From positions 52,514,001 to 52,578,000 of the forward strand of contig NC_043002.1 of assembly GCF_006345805.1 (NCBI RefSeq): a DNA stretch of 64,000 nt, in the 5' to 3' direction. Below, piece after piece: positions 52,356 to 64,000 of this stretch (position 1 is its first letter; each line of letters begins with the position of its first letter). A model generated the notes under the pieces. It did not search any database. It was given only the letters and a program-made list of their open reading frames with translations, and was not told the origin of the DNA. This DNA is from Octopus sinensis (Eukaryota). The translations under genes were made by a program, and so were the position numbers.

Positions 52356-54410
52356 TCTCTCAGGAACATATATAAACCCCTTGTCTTTCAATTTCTTTCT
52401 ATCTCTCTCCTCTCTATCTTACTCTCTACACACATGTGCAGAAACGTGCACTGCTGTATAAACTCACACATTTTAATATACACGCACGAGCACAAATTAA
52501 CTTAGATATACACATCAGACACATATACATTCACACATACATACAGACATTCATACACATAGATATATGTGCATGAACATAGTCATTCACGCACTCTCTC
52601 TCTCTTTTCTCTCCTTCATTTTCTCTCTCTTTCTCTATTTTTCTTTCTGTCTCTCCCTTTCTCTCTCGCGTTCTCGCTCTCACGCTCTCCCTTTCACGCT
52701 CTCTCGCTCTCTCACACACACACATGCACACACATACACGCATACACAACACAGACAGACACACATTTTCTCATCCGCTTGACGCACAAAAGATAAACTC
52801 AAAGCAGAACACAAAAAATACCAAAGAACAAACAAGAGAAAAACGGTAGCCCATAGTCAATAACCTGCAAGACTGGACAGAGAAATAGTTGACCGCCATG
52901 AAAGACCACAAAGGCGTAAATGCTTTGTACTAAAGGTAGTAACGCTAGATTTCAATTTAGTAATGCCTGCAGAGCATGAAAAAAAATAAGAAAATCGAAA
53001 AATTAAACTGACATAAGTGGCTGACATGAACAGAAAACTAACCAATCAAAATAAACAATTAACCAAGACTATTCTTGGACGCTGTCCAGCTCGTGCAAGC
53101 ATTGAATATGTCCCTTGAAATGGTTGTATTAGTACTATATCCACTAGGTTATGCACAGACACATTTTTAAAGGGATGTAAATGGTAAAAGTAGCTGGGTG
53201 ACAATGATAGGGCGATTAAATGTTTAGGGCATGGTTGTGCACATTCACAAGGAATCAAATATATATCAATGACAAAAGTGAGTATATCTGTCCTCGGTTA
53301 TGTATGCTTGGTTCCAAAAAATACCGTATTAAATGAATTACTGATATATGAATAATAAGAGCTCGTGTATGTAAATCTATATAAAGAATACGCAGTATCT
53401 GTGCACGGTGATGGAAACACGAACGATAAGCAGTACATTGTGACTCGCTGAGCAATGCGGATGGTCACTGGACACTTTTACAGCCCAAGAAGAATTTCTG
53501 ATTGATCGCCGATCCGTGTTATCACAAATCAAATCGTAATAAGCGTAACACGGTTCACGATTGGGTATACCGTATTATACCAGAACAGTGATGAATGAAT
53601 CAACGATTAACAAGTATAACTGCATAGTCTATGATATACGGCAGCCATTTTGATCTCTTGCGACCTAAAACAATTACGGGCAGGAATTCTAAACGCTATC
53701 AAAGCAGAATGATCTTGAAATAGAAATAATCAACACATGGTACCTAAAAGCAAAAGCAGAATAGGTCAATACTTGGTTTGATAAAAAATAAATTTGATGT
53801 AAGACATCAAGGCCATGCCACAGTTAATAACTGCGCATAATACAAAATATAGCACTTAGTGCGTGTAAGACATATTATCTATTCAAAACTACGCAAATAT
53901 TGTTAAATTCATTTAACTATACATTACCTGGTACCAAACTTTTCGTCGCACCAACTACAACCTGGTCACTTACCTGAAATGCTTTAGTAAAGTTAACAGA
54001 CCGACCATGTGTGCTTTCGAATGGCTAATATGTATCTTCCTTGCTAATTGCTTTTGTTTCAACACATGGCCTCAGATCAAATATAATCTTACTTCTTTTA
54101 CAGTCTAAATACTAAGAAAGACGGATTTGATTCAGTTGCCCAAATCACGTAGCATACATTCAATACAATACCCATACGGAAATATAACTCTAACGGAACA
54201 TTTTCTATACAATTACTTCTGCATATTATAAAGGCTTCCTAGAGAAAAGATAGAAACATCACTATGATATATAATCAACTCCAAACACTGTGCATTATAT
54301 GTAGCACAAATAACTTCTCGGAATAGCGAAAGATAATTAAAGCACACCACAGGAATACAAAGGTATAACTGGTGACGCTGTGAAAATTTTGTTTGCATGC
54401 AACTATAGAA

Positions 54411-54581
54411 AGAAGAAGAAGAAGAAGAAGAAGAAGAAGAAGAAGAAGAAGAAGAAGAAGAAGAAGAAGAAGAAGAAGAAGAAGAAGAAGAAGAAGAAGA
54501 AGAAGAAGAAGAAGAAGAAGAAGAAGAAGAAGAAGAAGAAGAAGAAGAAGAAGAAGAAGAAGAAGAAGAAGAAGAAGAAGA
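54411..54581. repeat. Perfect (AAG)n, about 57 units
   Basis: Read directly from the sequence. Confidence 0.98.
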
Positions 54582-55499
54582 GACTTAAATAACTGAGCCC
54601 TCAAAGCACTATGAAAAGCCGCCACACGCGAAACAAAAGGTGTTGCGTTAAAAGAAATACGGGCAGTGAGAAAAAAAGGGATAAAGCACGCAAATGATAA
54701 TGAAAATCACACACAAGTCTCCATAGAAACCATTCAACAAATGATGCAACCACAGAGGACGGAAAAGAATGGTTGCCCTCTATCGGATTTGAACACTGAA
54801 CATAATGAAGTAGAAAAAGTAATGCACCGCATTTGCTGACACGCTAACGAATCTGCCAGCTCGCTTAATAATGAGCAAAATAAAAACAAGCATCACAAAG
54901 GTCCAACTGATATTTGTTTCAAATTTTTTCACTAGGCCAGCAGGTTTGGGAGAAAGTCTAAGCCGATTAAACTGATCCCAATGTTCAACTGATACTTATT
55001 TTATCGACCCTGAAAGGATAATAGGCAAAGTCGACCCCTGCGGAATTTGAATTCAGAACGTGAATACAGACAAAAGGTCGCTAGGCATTTCGCTTGACGT
55101 GCTAATGATTCTACCAGCTCACCGCTGTAACGGTTCGACTAAAACTAGCATTAAGGAGTTACCTTAGAAAATTATAGAAATATGTACAGGCATAACTGTG
55201 TTATTAAGAAACACTTGATTTCGAGTTCAGTCACACTGCGCAACTCCGTAGACAAGTGTCTTTTATTATAGCCCTGGGCTGACTAATGACTTGTGAGTGA
55301 ATTTGTTAGACACAACACCCTAGAAGCACATCGTATAAATGCGTGCCTTTGTTCATATATACGTATGTATATGTATGTATATATTCTTTTATTCTTGTAC
55401 TTGTTTCAGTCATTAGATTGCTGCCATGCTGGGGCAATGACATGCAGTATAAGAAGTGCCTTAATGTGTGAGCGCTTCTTCCACGAAAACAAGGTAGTT

Positions 55500-56700
55500 G
55501 AGTCAAGTTATAAAAGTTCTACGAGTTTTAAAAACAAAACGGAAATTCAAGCATACTGGGACAGAATACAAAACAAAAGCGTTCAAGATAAACAAAAAGT
55601 GCAATAGACCAGAAAGGAAATAGATAAAACAAGCCTTGGTTCCAGACGCATGACTCGCTATAGTCAGCATAGAATTCGTTTTTATTTTCAGAACTGCAAG
55701 CCACAGGAAATCTCCTGCAATTGAGAAAGTTCCAATGTCTGGCCGAACACCAAACCAGTATGTCTGAATTTGTAGCAGCTGCATTCAAGGAATTAGTAAA
55801 GAGATATAGTCAACATCCAAACAGCTACAACATGGGAATACACTATTGATTTCCGAAAGGAAACACATTTGAGACCCTTGAAACATAGTCTATATTTTGT
55901 TTCTTATCAAAATACAAATGGCTTATATATGTAAATACTTTATATAAGCTCAGTCGCGCATCTTGAAAACAATAACACTTTACCAGATAAGCAGAAAGGT
56001 GACGGAAAGAATAGCTACTCATGAATCGAGTAATTACCAAGTTGGCAAAATAGGAAGACTCTTTGCATGGTATGGAGTAATTAATGAAAATTATCTGATA
56101 GCAAACAACACACTTGGATATTGAGGATGCTCCATATAATTTAAGTAGCTCCACTACAAACATGTTACATTAATTATTCCCTGTCAGGATGGAAAAATAT
56201 TAATATCACTGCATGGAAAAAGAGATTATCAAACTAGCCCTACAGCCATATGATAAATATTTCGGGTAACTCCTTATCGTCTCTACTCTTCTGCCTGCCT
56301 CTTACTCTATTAAGAAATCTGCTGAACTACTAAATAAGACATGAATGAATGAACACACATGCTATCCAAATTAACAAAATGAATTAGAAGTTAAATGATT
56401 TGAAATGGTTGAGCACGAAAATTAGAGAATTACTAACGTTTTACGAAGCCATCACTTTATCATGGTATAGCTACGAAATATCTGCCCAGCGCTCAAAGTG
56501 AATGAGATCTGAAAGAAAAAGGCAACGACTACAGAGTAATAAAAGTGGGACCAGAAATACTTAAAAACAAATAAAAATTGATTAGCGTAATAAAGGGACA
56601 TGAAAATAATCATATTTAGAGATATGGGACAAAATAGTAAAAAAAAAACGATAAAATCCAAATATAATCGAAAGCAAATTAAAGTTAAGAAGCAAACTAA
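55500..56700 (+). mobile_element. Decayed R4/Dong-clade non-LTR retrotransposon, copy 1 (RT region, internally deleted)
   Basis: Across frameshifts: RKSPAIEKVP, LPDKQKGDGKNSY, RKTLCMVWSN..LSDSKQHTWIL, IFR(G)NSLSSLLFCLPLTLL, KWLSTKIRELLT, LISVIKGHE. Confidence 0.75.
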
Positions 56701-57061
56701 AAGAAAAACAAGTTCATAGTTATTCCTCTTTCTGTAAGACTCGACAGAGAGGAAGTAAGAGGGAAAATGAAAAAAGGCGCGAAAGCTCTGGAATAGGAGC
56801 GGAAAGAGGTTTGATTTGATTGATGACTAATTTCAAAAAAAAATTTTAATAATTAAAAATATAGATAGTAAAGTGCAGAGTACACAATTAACACAACGAA
56901 ATAATTATCCTTCAAAAGTCAGAATACGTACATACTCATAGAAAGAGGGAGAAAGAGAGAGAGATAGCGAAGTGAAGGCAGGTACAGGGAGATAATGACG
57001 CAAATAAACACACCTGGGCTTTATATATAAAATATACGTTCATAAATATATATACATGTAA

Positions 57062-57123
<62 letters not shown>

Positions 57124-57405
57124 CAGATAGACAGACAGACAAAGAGAAACAAAACACGAAAATATTCATCAGATGAACATTCGTGTATAAGCATACAGAT
57201 AGTTATATATTTACAGAACAGATTAACATGGAGAAAATGCAGGAAACTAACCAGTGGGTACCTGGCATTTCACGTCCGATAGCCCACCTGGATTCCTCTT
57301 ATAGATTTCAGAGTTTAAGTTCAAATCATTTAAGAACTATTACGTGTTTTCTATACTAAGATCACTGGATCTCTCTCTCTCCTCCTCCTCTCTCTATCAC
57401 CGCTT

Positions 57406-57467
<62 letters not shown>

Positions 57468-57569
57468 ACTATGTCTATATATTGAGAAATAGACAGGGGG
57501 AGAGAAAGAAAGTTGAGCTCAATATAGTGATGCTCAATATAGAAAGCATGTAGCAGTACTTCGATGATT

Positions 57570-57631
<62 letters not shown>

Positions 57632-58084
57632 GTATGCGTATACAGACTGATAAGGATTGCCAGTTATATTAATGGAACAATATGCCGATATTTTGACCTA
57701 ACGATTAAGCTATTATAATTTGAGATATGTCTATCTAGACTGACAAGGATAGCGGGGTAGAACCATCGAGATATACTTATCAAACATAGGAACGGTAGTC
57801 TCCATACTTTGATGCGTACCTCGATCCCTTCTGACCAAAACATCGTCCGGAAAGACACCAAGAAGCTTTCCAAGGATAAGGACGCTAAAATTGAAATAAA
57901 TTGGATGTATATTATGAAAGCGAAAACTCTACCAATTAATGATGCAGAAGATCAATGACGAGGAAGGACATTGATAAAGACATGTAGGGCTTACGAGCCT
58001 AAGTAATCCGAAGTATAGGTCTCCTAGACATAGCTCACACTACACATACTGTACAGAATCATTAACCAATATAACATTGTTGTA

Positions 58085-58397
58085 CTATTTTCTTCGCCTT
58101 TTCAAGCCTAGCCAGGCTCATGGGTCCGGTTTCCCGGTTTCTGTGGCGTATGTGTTCCCCACCAGCTGGACGGAACGCCAGTCCATCGCAGCCTTACTCA
58201 AGAAACAGGAAGAGAAAGTGAGAGAAAGTTGTGGTGAAAGAGTACAACAGGGATCGCCACCACCCCCTGCCGGAGCCTCGTGGAAGTTTTTGGTGTTTTC
58301 GCTCAATAAACACACACACCGCCCGGTCTGGGAATCGAAACGGTGATCCTCCGACCGCGAGTCCGCTGCGCTAACCACTGGGCCATTGCGCCTCCAC
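58085..58397 (-). mobile_element. SINE family 4, young-looking copy (tRNA-like head)
   Basis: Reverse complement gtggaggcgcaatggcccagtggttagcgcagcggactcgcgg..gtttcgattcccagacc. Confidence 0.85.
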
Positions 58398-58499
58398 GTT
58401 GTGCTATTGGCACCTGATATTATAGCACATCCGAAACATCAACATTGATTAACGCAGTTCACACTCTATATAACTGCCATCTCGATAATGTACCACACT

Positions 58500-61450
58500 C
58501 AAAAGAATCATTACACCTCACTATAAAGTATATCACCATTCATGTAACAAATACGAAGTATAATCACCAGCCAACTAAAACGATAAATGAAAATACGACA
58601 ATAAAACTTTGAACATTTACCATATAAATCTTGAAGATACACCGAGTGCAAAGAAAACAAACAAAAGAAATTACTAATAACAATAAGATAGAACATCAGC
58701 ATACGTATAGTATATCAACCAACAAAAGTTAAACCAGAAATGCACTGACGAAAATGTCAGCATAAGGGAACATTAGAAAGATATAAGAGTACAAATTGTA
58801 AATTTTTAATTTGGCACTAATGTAAAGGTGGGAATATTGAAAGCATTAATATTTATAAATCTTTCAATAGAATCTCCAGTCTAAGAAGAAACGACGGGAG
58901 AGAATTGCACCATTATAAACAAACTGAAAATAGAATTGCTTATCAATGGAACTCATCAATGCAGCGGCCGCACTAGTCGGATAAAATAATATTTTTTTTC
59001 AAACCATCTCTTTTAGGAACATTTAAACCTAAACAGCGAGGAAAACAATAGGCAGAGAAGGCGAAGGGGAGAGGGGAAAAATTGAGAGAAGAAAGCAAGA
59101 GATCTTTCATTCATTAATGAGCTCAGGTTACAAATGAGCTGAAGAAAGAAAGGCAACTCACAATAGAAAAAAACCCGCAATCGAAGAGTTCTTAAGACAA
59201 GAAGTCCTTGATCACAAAAAACTCCTTCGTTATGAAAAGTGACGCTAACGTTTTGAACAAAGCACAGAATTTGTCACCAAGTCAAGATGATGTTACAAAG
59301 AACTAGATGAAAACAAAAGAAAATCCAATAGAGATTTAGCATCAAGTGAAATAAATTTTGGATGAATAATAAAGACGAGAATATTATAAACATCAAACGC
59401 AATATAACAGTAATCCTGCAAACAAATAACAATCTTAGAAGTAGATCAAATACCACATAATATAGAAAAAGAATACAAAGCGCTTTGAAATATATGAGGC
59501 TAAAATTTTGGCTGCAAGCTTCTGACAAAACTTTGTTTTGTTTATAAGATCAGAGATAATTATTGAATGATCGAGGTAAAAACAAATATTTATTACGCAA
59601 AAGAGACATCAAATTCCAAAATCTACAAACCCATAACCTTCTGCCTGTTTGGAATATGAAGCTTTAACACAAAATACCATCGCAAACATAAATGCCTCCA
59701 GCAAAACAGAAAAGACGCTGTAAGTGTTCATATGATTGAAAAATATCTCCTGGGCGAGCCATAACTATGAGAGAGGAATGTGAGAGAAAGAAGGTTCTGA
59801 TCATATCATAAATTCTTTATGAAGTCTTTTTTTTTTTATTCCCCAAATGTGAATTCTGAAAATATCTTCACGTAGCATTAATACTAAATGGATGCATAAA
59901 ACAAGCAATTAGTAGATAAAAGGCCAAAAAACAGGGCATTGTAAAAATGAAACTTGCAAGAAGAGAAATATGTCAGTGAATTCCCTTTTTCTATACTTTT
60001 TCTCTTTAGCGCTAACACCATTAATCAACACTCTGAAGATAAAATTCGTGACTTGGGACTGAAATATTTCTCGGTTATTTACTAAGAGAAGTGAAATGGT
60101 TCATGTCGTACCGGACATATTAATTGCAATTTCTGTTCAACAGAAACTCATTACTCTCTCAACTCATATCGTATTTTTTTCCATTAGCTGGATTTCTTTT
60201 ACAAAGATATATGAGGGGTTGCAGAAAAATTACTGGCTTTAGGTAAAAGAAAATACAGAAGGATCTGTTAATTTTGATTTTATTCAACATATTCCCCTTT
60301 CATATTCAGAAACGGTCCCTCAGTAGTGTTTCAGTAGTGTTTCTAAGCTCTGTCAAAGAACTCGGAAGGTTGGGCTTCCAACAAGGCCTTTTGCGATACC
60401 CTGATACCCTTAAAGCTAGGAACTTTCAGCACCTCCTCGTAGATATATATGCTAAAGAATGACAACCAACCATCTCCAGCAGTATACTACTGGTTATAAA
60501 CAACAGGAAATCTTACTACAGTAAATTAACTGCTATGAAACCTAGTTTGGAAAAATATGCCAAAGATATATCCAAGAGAGAAAAATTAATAAAAAATTAG
60601 AAATATTATCATCAGAAAATATATATAAGAGAACTAGACTATAGGGAGTTTTACATATACTTAAGAATTTATGAATTAGATAATGTACGTCCCGCACAAA
60701 TGAAAGAAAGTCTACAAAAGAATGTTATAAACACCTTAGTTATTTTTCTTCTTTCTCTACATCCGATATAATCTGGTGTTCAGTAAAAAATTAGCCCCCA
60801 GCAAAATCTATATTGCATTAAGCAGCAATACTTGAGATGTGTGAGATGTCTCCATGAGTTTTATTTTAAGTTTTGTTCTCAAGCCATTAAACGTTTTCAG
60901 CGATTTTGAGATATTTTGAAAACTTCTACGCCCTAACGCAAGAAGAAGCCAACTCAGCTACATTGAGTTATTTGTAGATACATACAACATGAAACTGAGG
61001 ATTTGCCAATGCTAATAACGAGCAAAAATTTCTTGTGCAGCATGTTGAAGAGAACTTTGATTGCAGCTACTCAAAGAAGTCATATGAAACTGAAGTAAGC
61101 GCCAAATATGGCATCAGATATTAATATTTTTGCTTTCTATAGTAAGTCATGGTTATGATAATTTCGAATGGAAGCATATATAATTAGAATATCGAGATAG
61201 GAAAACAAAGTATTGTCTCGACATAATGTAATTTGGAGAAGAACTCATAATTTCTACTCTTATGACAAGGCCACGCACGAAAATGGCTGCGAAATTGTGC
61301 CAAAAACATTTGTATCAACCGTAAAGTTCAAAAATTTAGAAATTCTATAGACTGTATAAATGGTAAAGAATGAACAGCTACTAACCTCCCAGGAATATAC
61401 ATAGGAGAAACTTCTTTTAGTAATAGCGAGCAATTCTGTCTGTGAGCATT
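58500..61450 (+). mobile_element. Decayed R4/Dong-clade non-LTR retrotransposon, copy 2
   Basis: Motifs in order: ELINAAAALV, KARDLSFINE, YKELDE, NFWLQ, KIYKPITFCL, PAKQKRRCKCSY, MKPSLEKYAK, FYIYLRIYELDNVRPAQMKE, FLVQHVEE; ends are uncertain. Confidence 0.7.
60212..60439. mobile_element. Mariner-derived MITE nested in the R4 remnant
   Basis: TA|TGAGGGGTTGCAGAAAAATTACTGGC ... GCTAGGAACTTTCAGCACCTCCTCG|TA. Confidence 0.75.
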
Positions 61451-61580
61451 GAAGCTACTATATTAAAAAGAAACCTACTTCAATTTCTTACTAGCATGCG
61501 TTAGATAAATATAATGGTTAGGTGAATCAGCTCAATAGACATTATACCTACACACCCCTGTAACAATACAGAATGAGATA

Positions 61581-62158
61581 GCAGCGGCGACGGCGGCGGC
61601 GGCGGCTGCGGCGGCGGCGGCGGCGGCGGCGGCGCGGCGGCAGCGGCGGCGGCAGCGGCGTAGCGGCGGCAGCGGCGGTAGCGGCGGCAGCGGCGGCAGC
61701 GGCGGTAGCGGCGGCAGCGGCGGTAGCGGCGGCAGCGGCGGTAGCGGCGGTAGCGGCGGTAGCGGCGCAGCGGCGGTAGCGGCGGCAGCGGCGGTACGGC
61801 GGCAGCGGCGGTAGCGCGGCAGCGGCGGCGGAAGCGGCGGCACCGGCGGCAGCGGCGGCAGCGGCGGCAGCGGCGGCAGCGGCGGCAGCGGCGGCAGCGC
61901 GGCAGCGGCGGCAGCGGCGGCGCGGCGGCAGCGGCGGCAGCGGTGGCAGCGGCGTTAGCGGCGGCAGCGGCGGCAGCGGCGGCAGCGCGGCAGCGGCGGC
62001 GCGGCGGCAGCGGCGGCAGCGGCGGCAGCGGCGGCAGCGGCGGCAGCGGCGGCGGAGGAGGCGGCAGCGGCGGCAGCGGCGGCAGCGGCGGCAGCGGCGG
62101 CAGCGCGGTAGCGGCGGCAGCGGCGGTAGCGGCGGCAGCGGCGGCAGCGGCGCAGCGG

Positions 62159-62189
<31 letters not shown>

Positions 62190-62650
62190 AGCGGCGGAAG
62201 CGGCAGCGGCGGTAGCGGCGGTAGCGGCGGTAGCGGCGGCAGCGGCGGTAGCGCGGCAGCGGCGGCGGCAGCGGCGGTTAGCGGCGGCAGCGGCGATAGC
62301 GGCGGCAGCGGCGGTAGCGGCGGTAGCGGCGGTAGCGGCGGAAGCGGCAGCGGCGGTACGGCGGCAGCGGCGGCAGCGGCGGCAGCGGCGGTAGCGGCGG
62401 CGGCAGCGGCGGCGGAGGAGGCGGCAGCGGCGGCGCGGCGGCGGCGGCGGCGGCGGCTGCGGCGGCGGCGGCTGCGGCGGCGGCGGCGGCTGCGGCGGCG
62501 GCGGCGGCGGCGGCGGCTGCGGCGGCGGCGGCTGCGGCGGCGGCGGCGCGGCGGTAGCGGCGGCAGCGGCGGTAGCGGCGGCGGCAGCGGCGGTAGCGGC
62601 GGCGGCAGCGGCGGCAGCGGCGGCAGCGGCGGTAGCGGCGGCAGCGGCGG
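61581..62650. repeat. 1.07-kb GC-rich triplet tract, (GCGGCGGCA/GCGGCGGTA)n
   Basis: Read directly from the sequence; scattered 1-nt deletions. Confidence 0.95.
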
Positions 62651-63155
62651 TGATGTCGGTCGTCGTTATCGACATGGTTGCTGCTGTTTAATGTGATCGC
62701 ATGCATAAACAGAGCTCCCCATGGAAGTTGATTTCTTCACCATTTTACAAGATGAAAGAAAAATTATTTTGTCTGCTTCTTTTTTCTGTTCTGAATAACA
62801 AAAGAGTTTTTTTGAATATTTAACCTCCATCCTATTTTTGTGAGTTGGAAAAAAGTTTTGTGAAAATTTTCTTCTACTATGTACATTATTACCAAACAAC
62901 CATCTGCAATACTGTCAGTATTTCAAATTGGCTACATCAGTTGTTGCAACAAAAGAATAAATCACAATGATAGTATCAATTCAAACGCTCCCAAATTATT
63001 TTTCATATACGAAAACAAAGACTAAAAAACCAGGCAATATGGAAATTAAACTAACGCACAGTTTCAAACAAAATATTTAAGGCCCAAAATTTCAAAGTAG
63101 TGGAAACGCCAATGTAAATAATAAAAACAACGACGACTTAAATAATGAAAACGTA

Positions 63156-63321
63156 GGTGCATGAGTGGATGTGTGGTAAGTAGCTTGCTTACTAATAACA
63201 TGGTTCTGGCTTCCGTTCCACTGTGTGGCACATTGGGCAAGTATCTTCTACTATAGCCTCGGGTCGACCAGACCAAAACCTTGTGAGTGGATTTTGGTAG
63301 ACGGAAATTGAAAGAAGCCCG

Positions 63322-63364
<43 letters not shown>

Positions 63365-63631
63365 TGTATATATATATGTATATTTATGTATATATATGTG
63401 CATATATATATATATATGTGTGTATGTTTGTGTGTGTGTGTCCCCAACATTGCTTGACAACCGATGCTGGTGTGTTTACGTCCCCGTAACTTAGAGGTTC
63501 GGCAAAAGAGGGCGATAGAATAAGTACTAGGCTTACAAAGAATAAGTCCTGGGGTCGATTTACTCGACTGAAGGCGGTGCTCCAGCATGGCCGCAGTCAA
63601 AATGACTGAAACAAGTAAAAGAGTAAAAGAG
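63156..63631 (+). mobile_element. SINE family 2, full length (tRNA head, central domain, internal microsatellite, tail)
   Basis: gagtggatgtgtggtaagtagcttgc..ttgggcaagtatcttctactatagcctcggg..gaagcccgtc(TA)n..ttgacaaccgatgctgg..gaaacaagtaaaagag. Confidence 0.9.
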
Positions 63632-64000
63632 ATGACAATAACAGTAACTCATATTTTGCTAGTGTTGTGAGTCTAAGGAATACATTCAACATGAACCAGT
63701 GCCGAGCAAAAGAAAAGGTGTAGAAAAGGTGCGTCGAGAAATACAATATCGCTTTGCCCATAGACATATCTTAGGCAAAGGAAAGAAAAAAGTAACCTGT
63801 CAATGTTTTGCAAAGTACGAAGAAGGCTTTCATATGTCATGATTCTATGGGAGTGCCAACTGGCAGGTTGCAGAATGTGTGTGCCTTCAGCAATATATGG
63901 GAGCTTACATCTGTTATTTAAGATTGATAGTATAGTAAGCAAGCCCATCCACAGGCTAGTGCTGCAATACAAGAGAATGCAAGGATTATAGATAGAAGTG

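Noticed and set aside
52800-53500. Possible further LINE remnant (also 57660-58050)
   Set aside because: Only one or two weak motifs, not enough to assign.
54275-54625. Poly-Leu, poly-Lys and poly-Arg ORFs
   Set aside because: Translation of (AAG)n.
55503-55788. Minus-strand ORFs resembling a membrane protein (..YLERFCFVF..)
   Set aside because: They are the antisense of the R4-clade RT remnant on the + strand.
61548-62675. 375-aa Ala/Pro/Arg-rich ORF and overlapping ORFs
   Set aside because: Translation of the triplet tract; the amino-acid pattern switches at each 1-nt indel, and there is no domain or splice context.

Overview
AT-rich, microsatellite-saturated eukaryotic DNA. The SINE families and repeat make-up point to a coleoid cephalopod (Octopus-like); this is an inference. 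I could not establish any intact protein-coding gene. Nearly all ORF-track entries are translations of simple repeats or antisense readings of decayed transposons. The window holds dozens of tRNA-derived SINE copies, a decayed DD41D Tc1/mariner element, mariner MITEs and fragments, two decayed R4/Dong-clade LINEs, an RTE 3' end, a Penelope-like remnant with a GIY-YIG tail, an intron-containing tRNA-Lys(UUU) pseudogene, a 28S rRNA fragment, a 1.07-kb GC-rich triplet tract and a 100-N gap. The most striking signal is a set of type I hammerhead-ribozyme (HHR) elements from several unrelated sequence families. The best is a 2.4-kb tandem-plus-inverted array of a highly structured, non-coding ~467-nt unit with five HHR cores (23.46-25.83 kb). 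Foldback HHR elements lie at 6.9-7.5, 22.6-23.0, 29.1-29.2 and 48.9-49.5 kb. All have divergent arms with the sequence downstream of the ribozyme pointing outward, mostly into (TA)n. All ribozyme calls are folds done by eye, and activity is untested.
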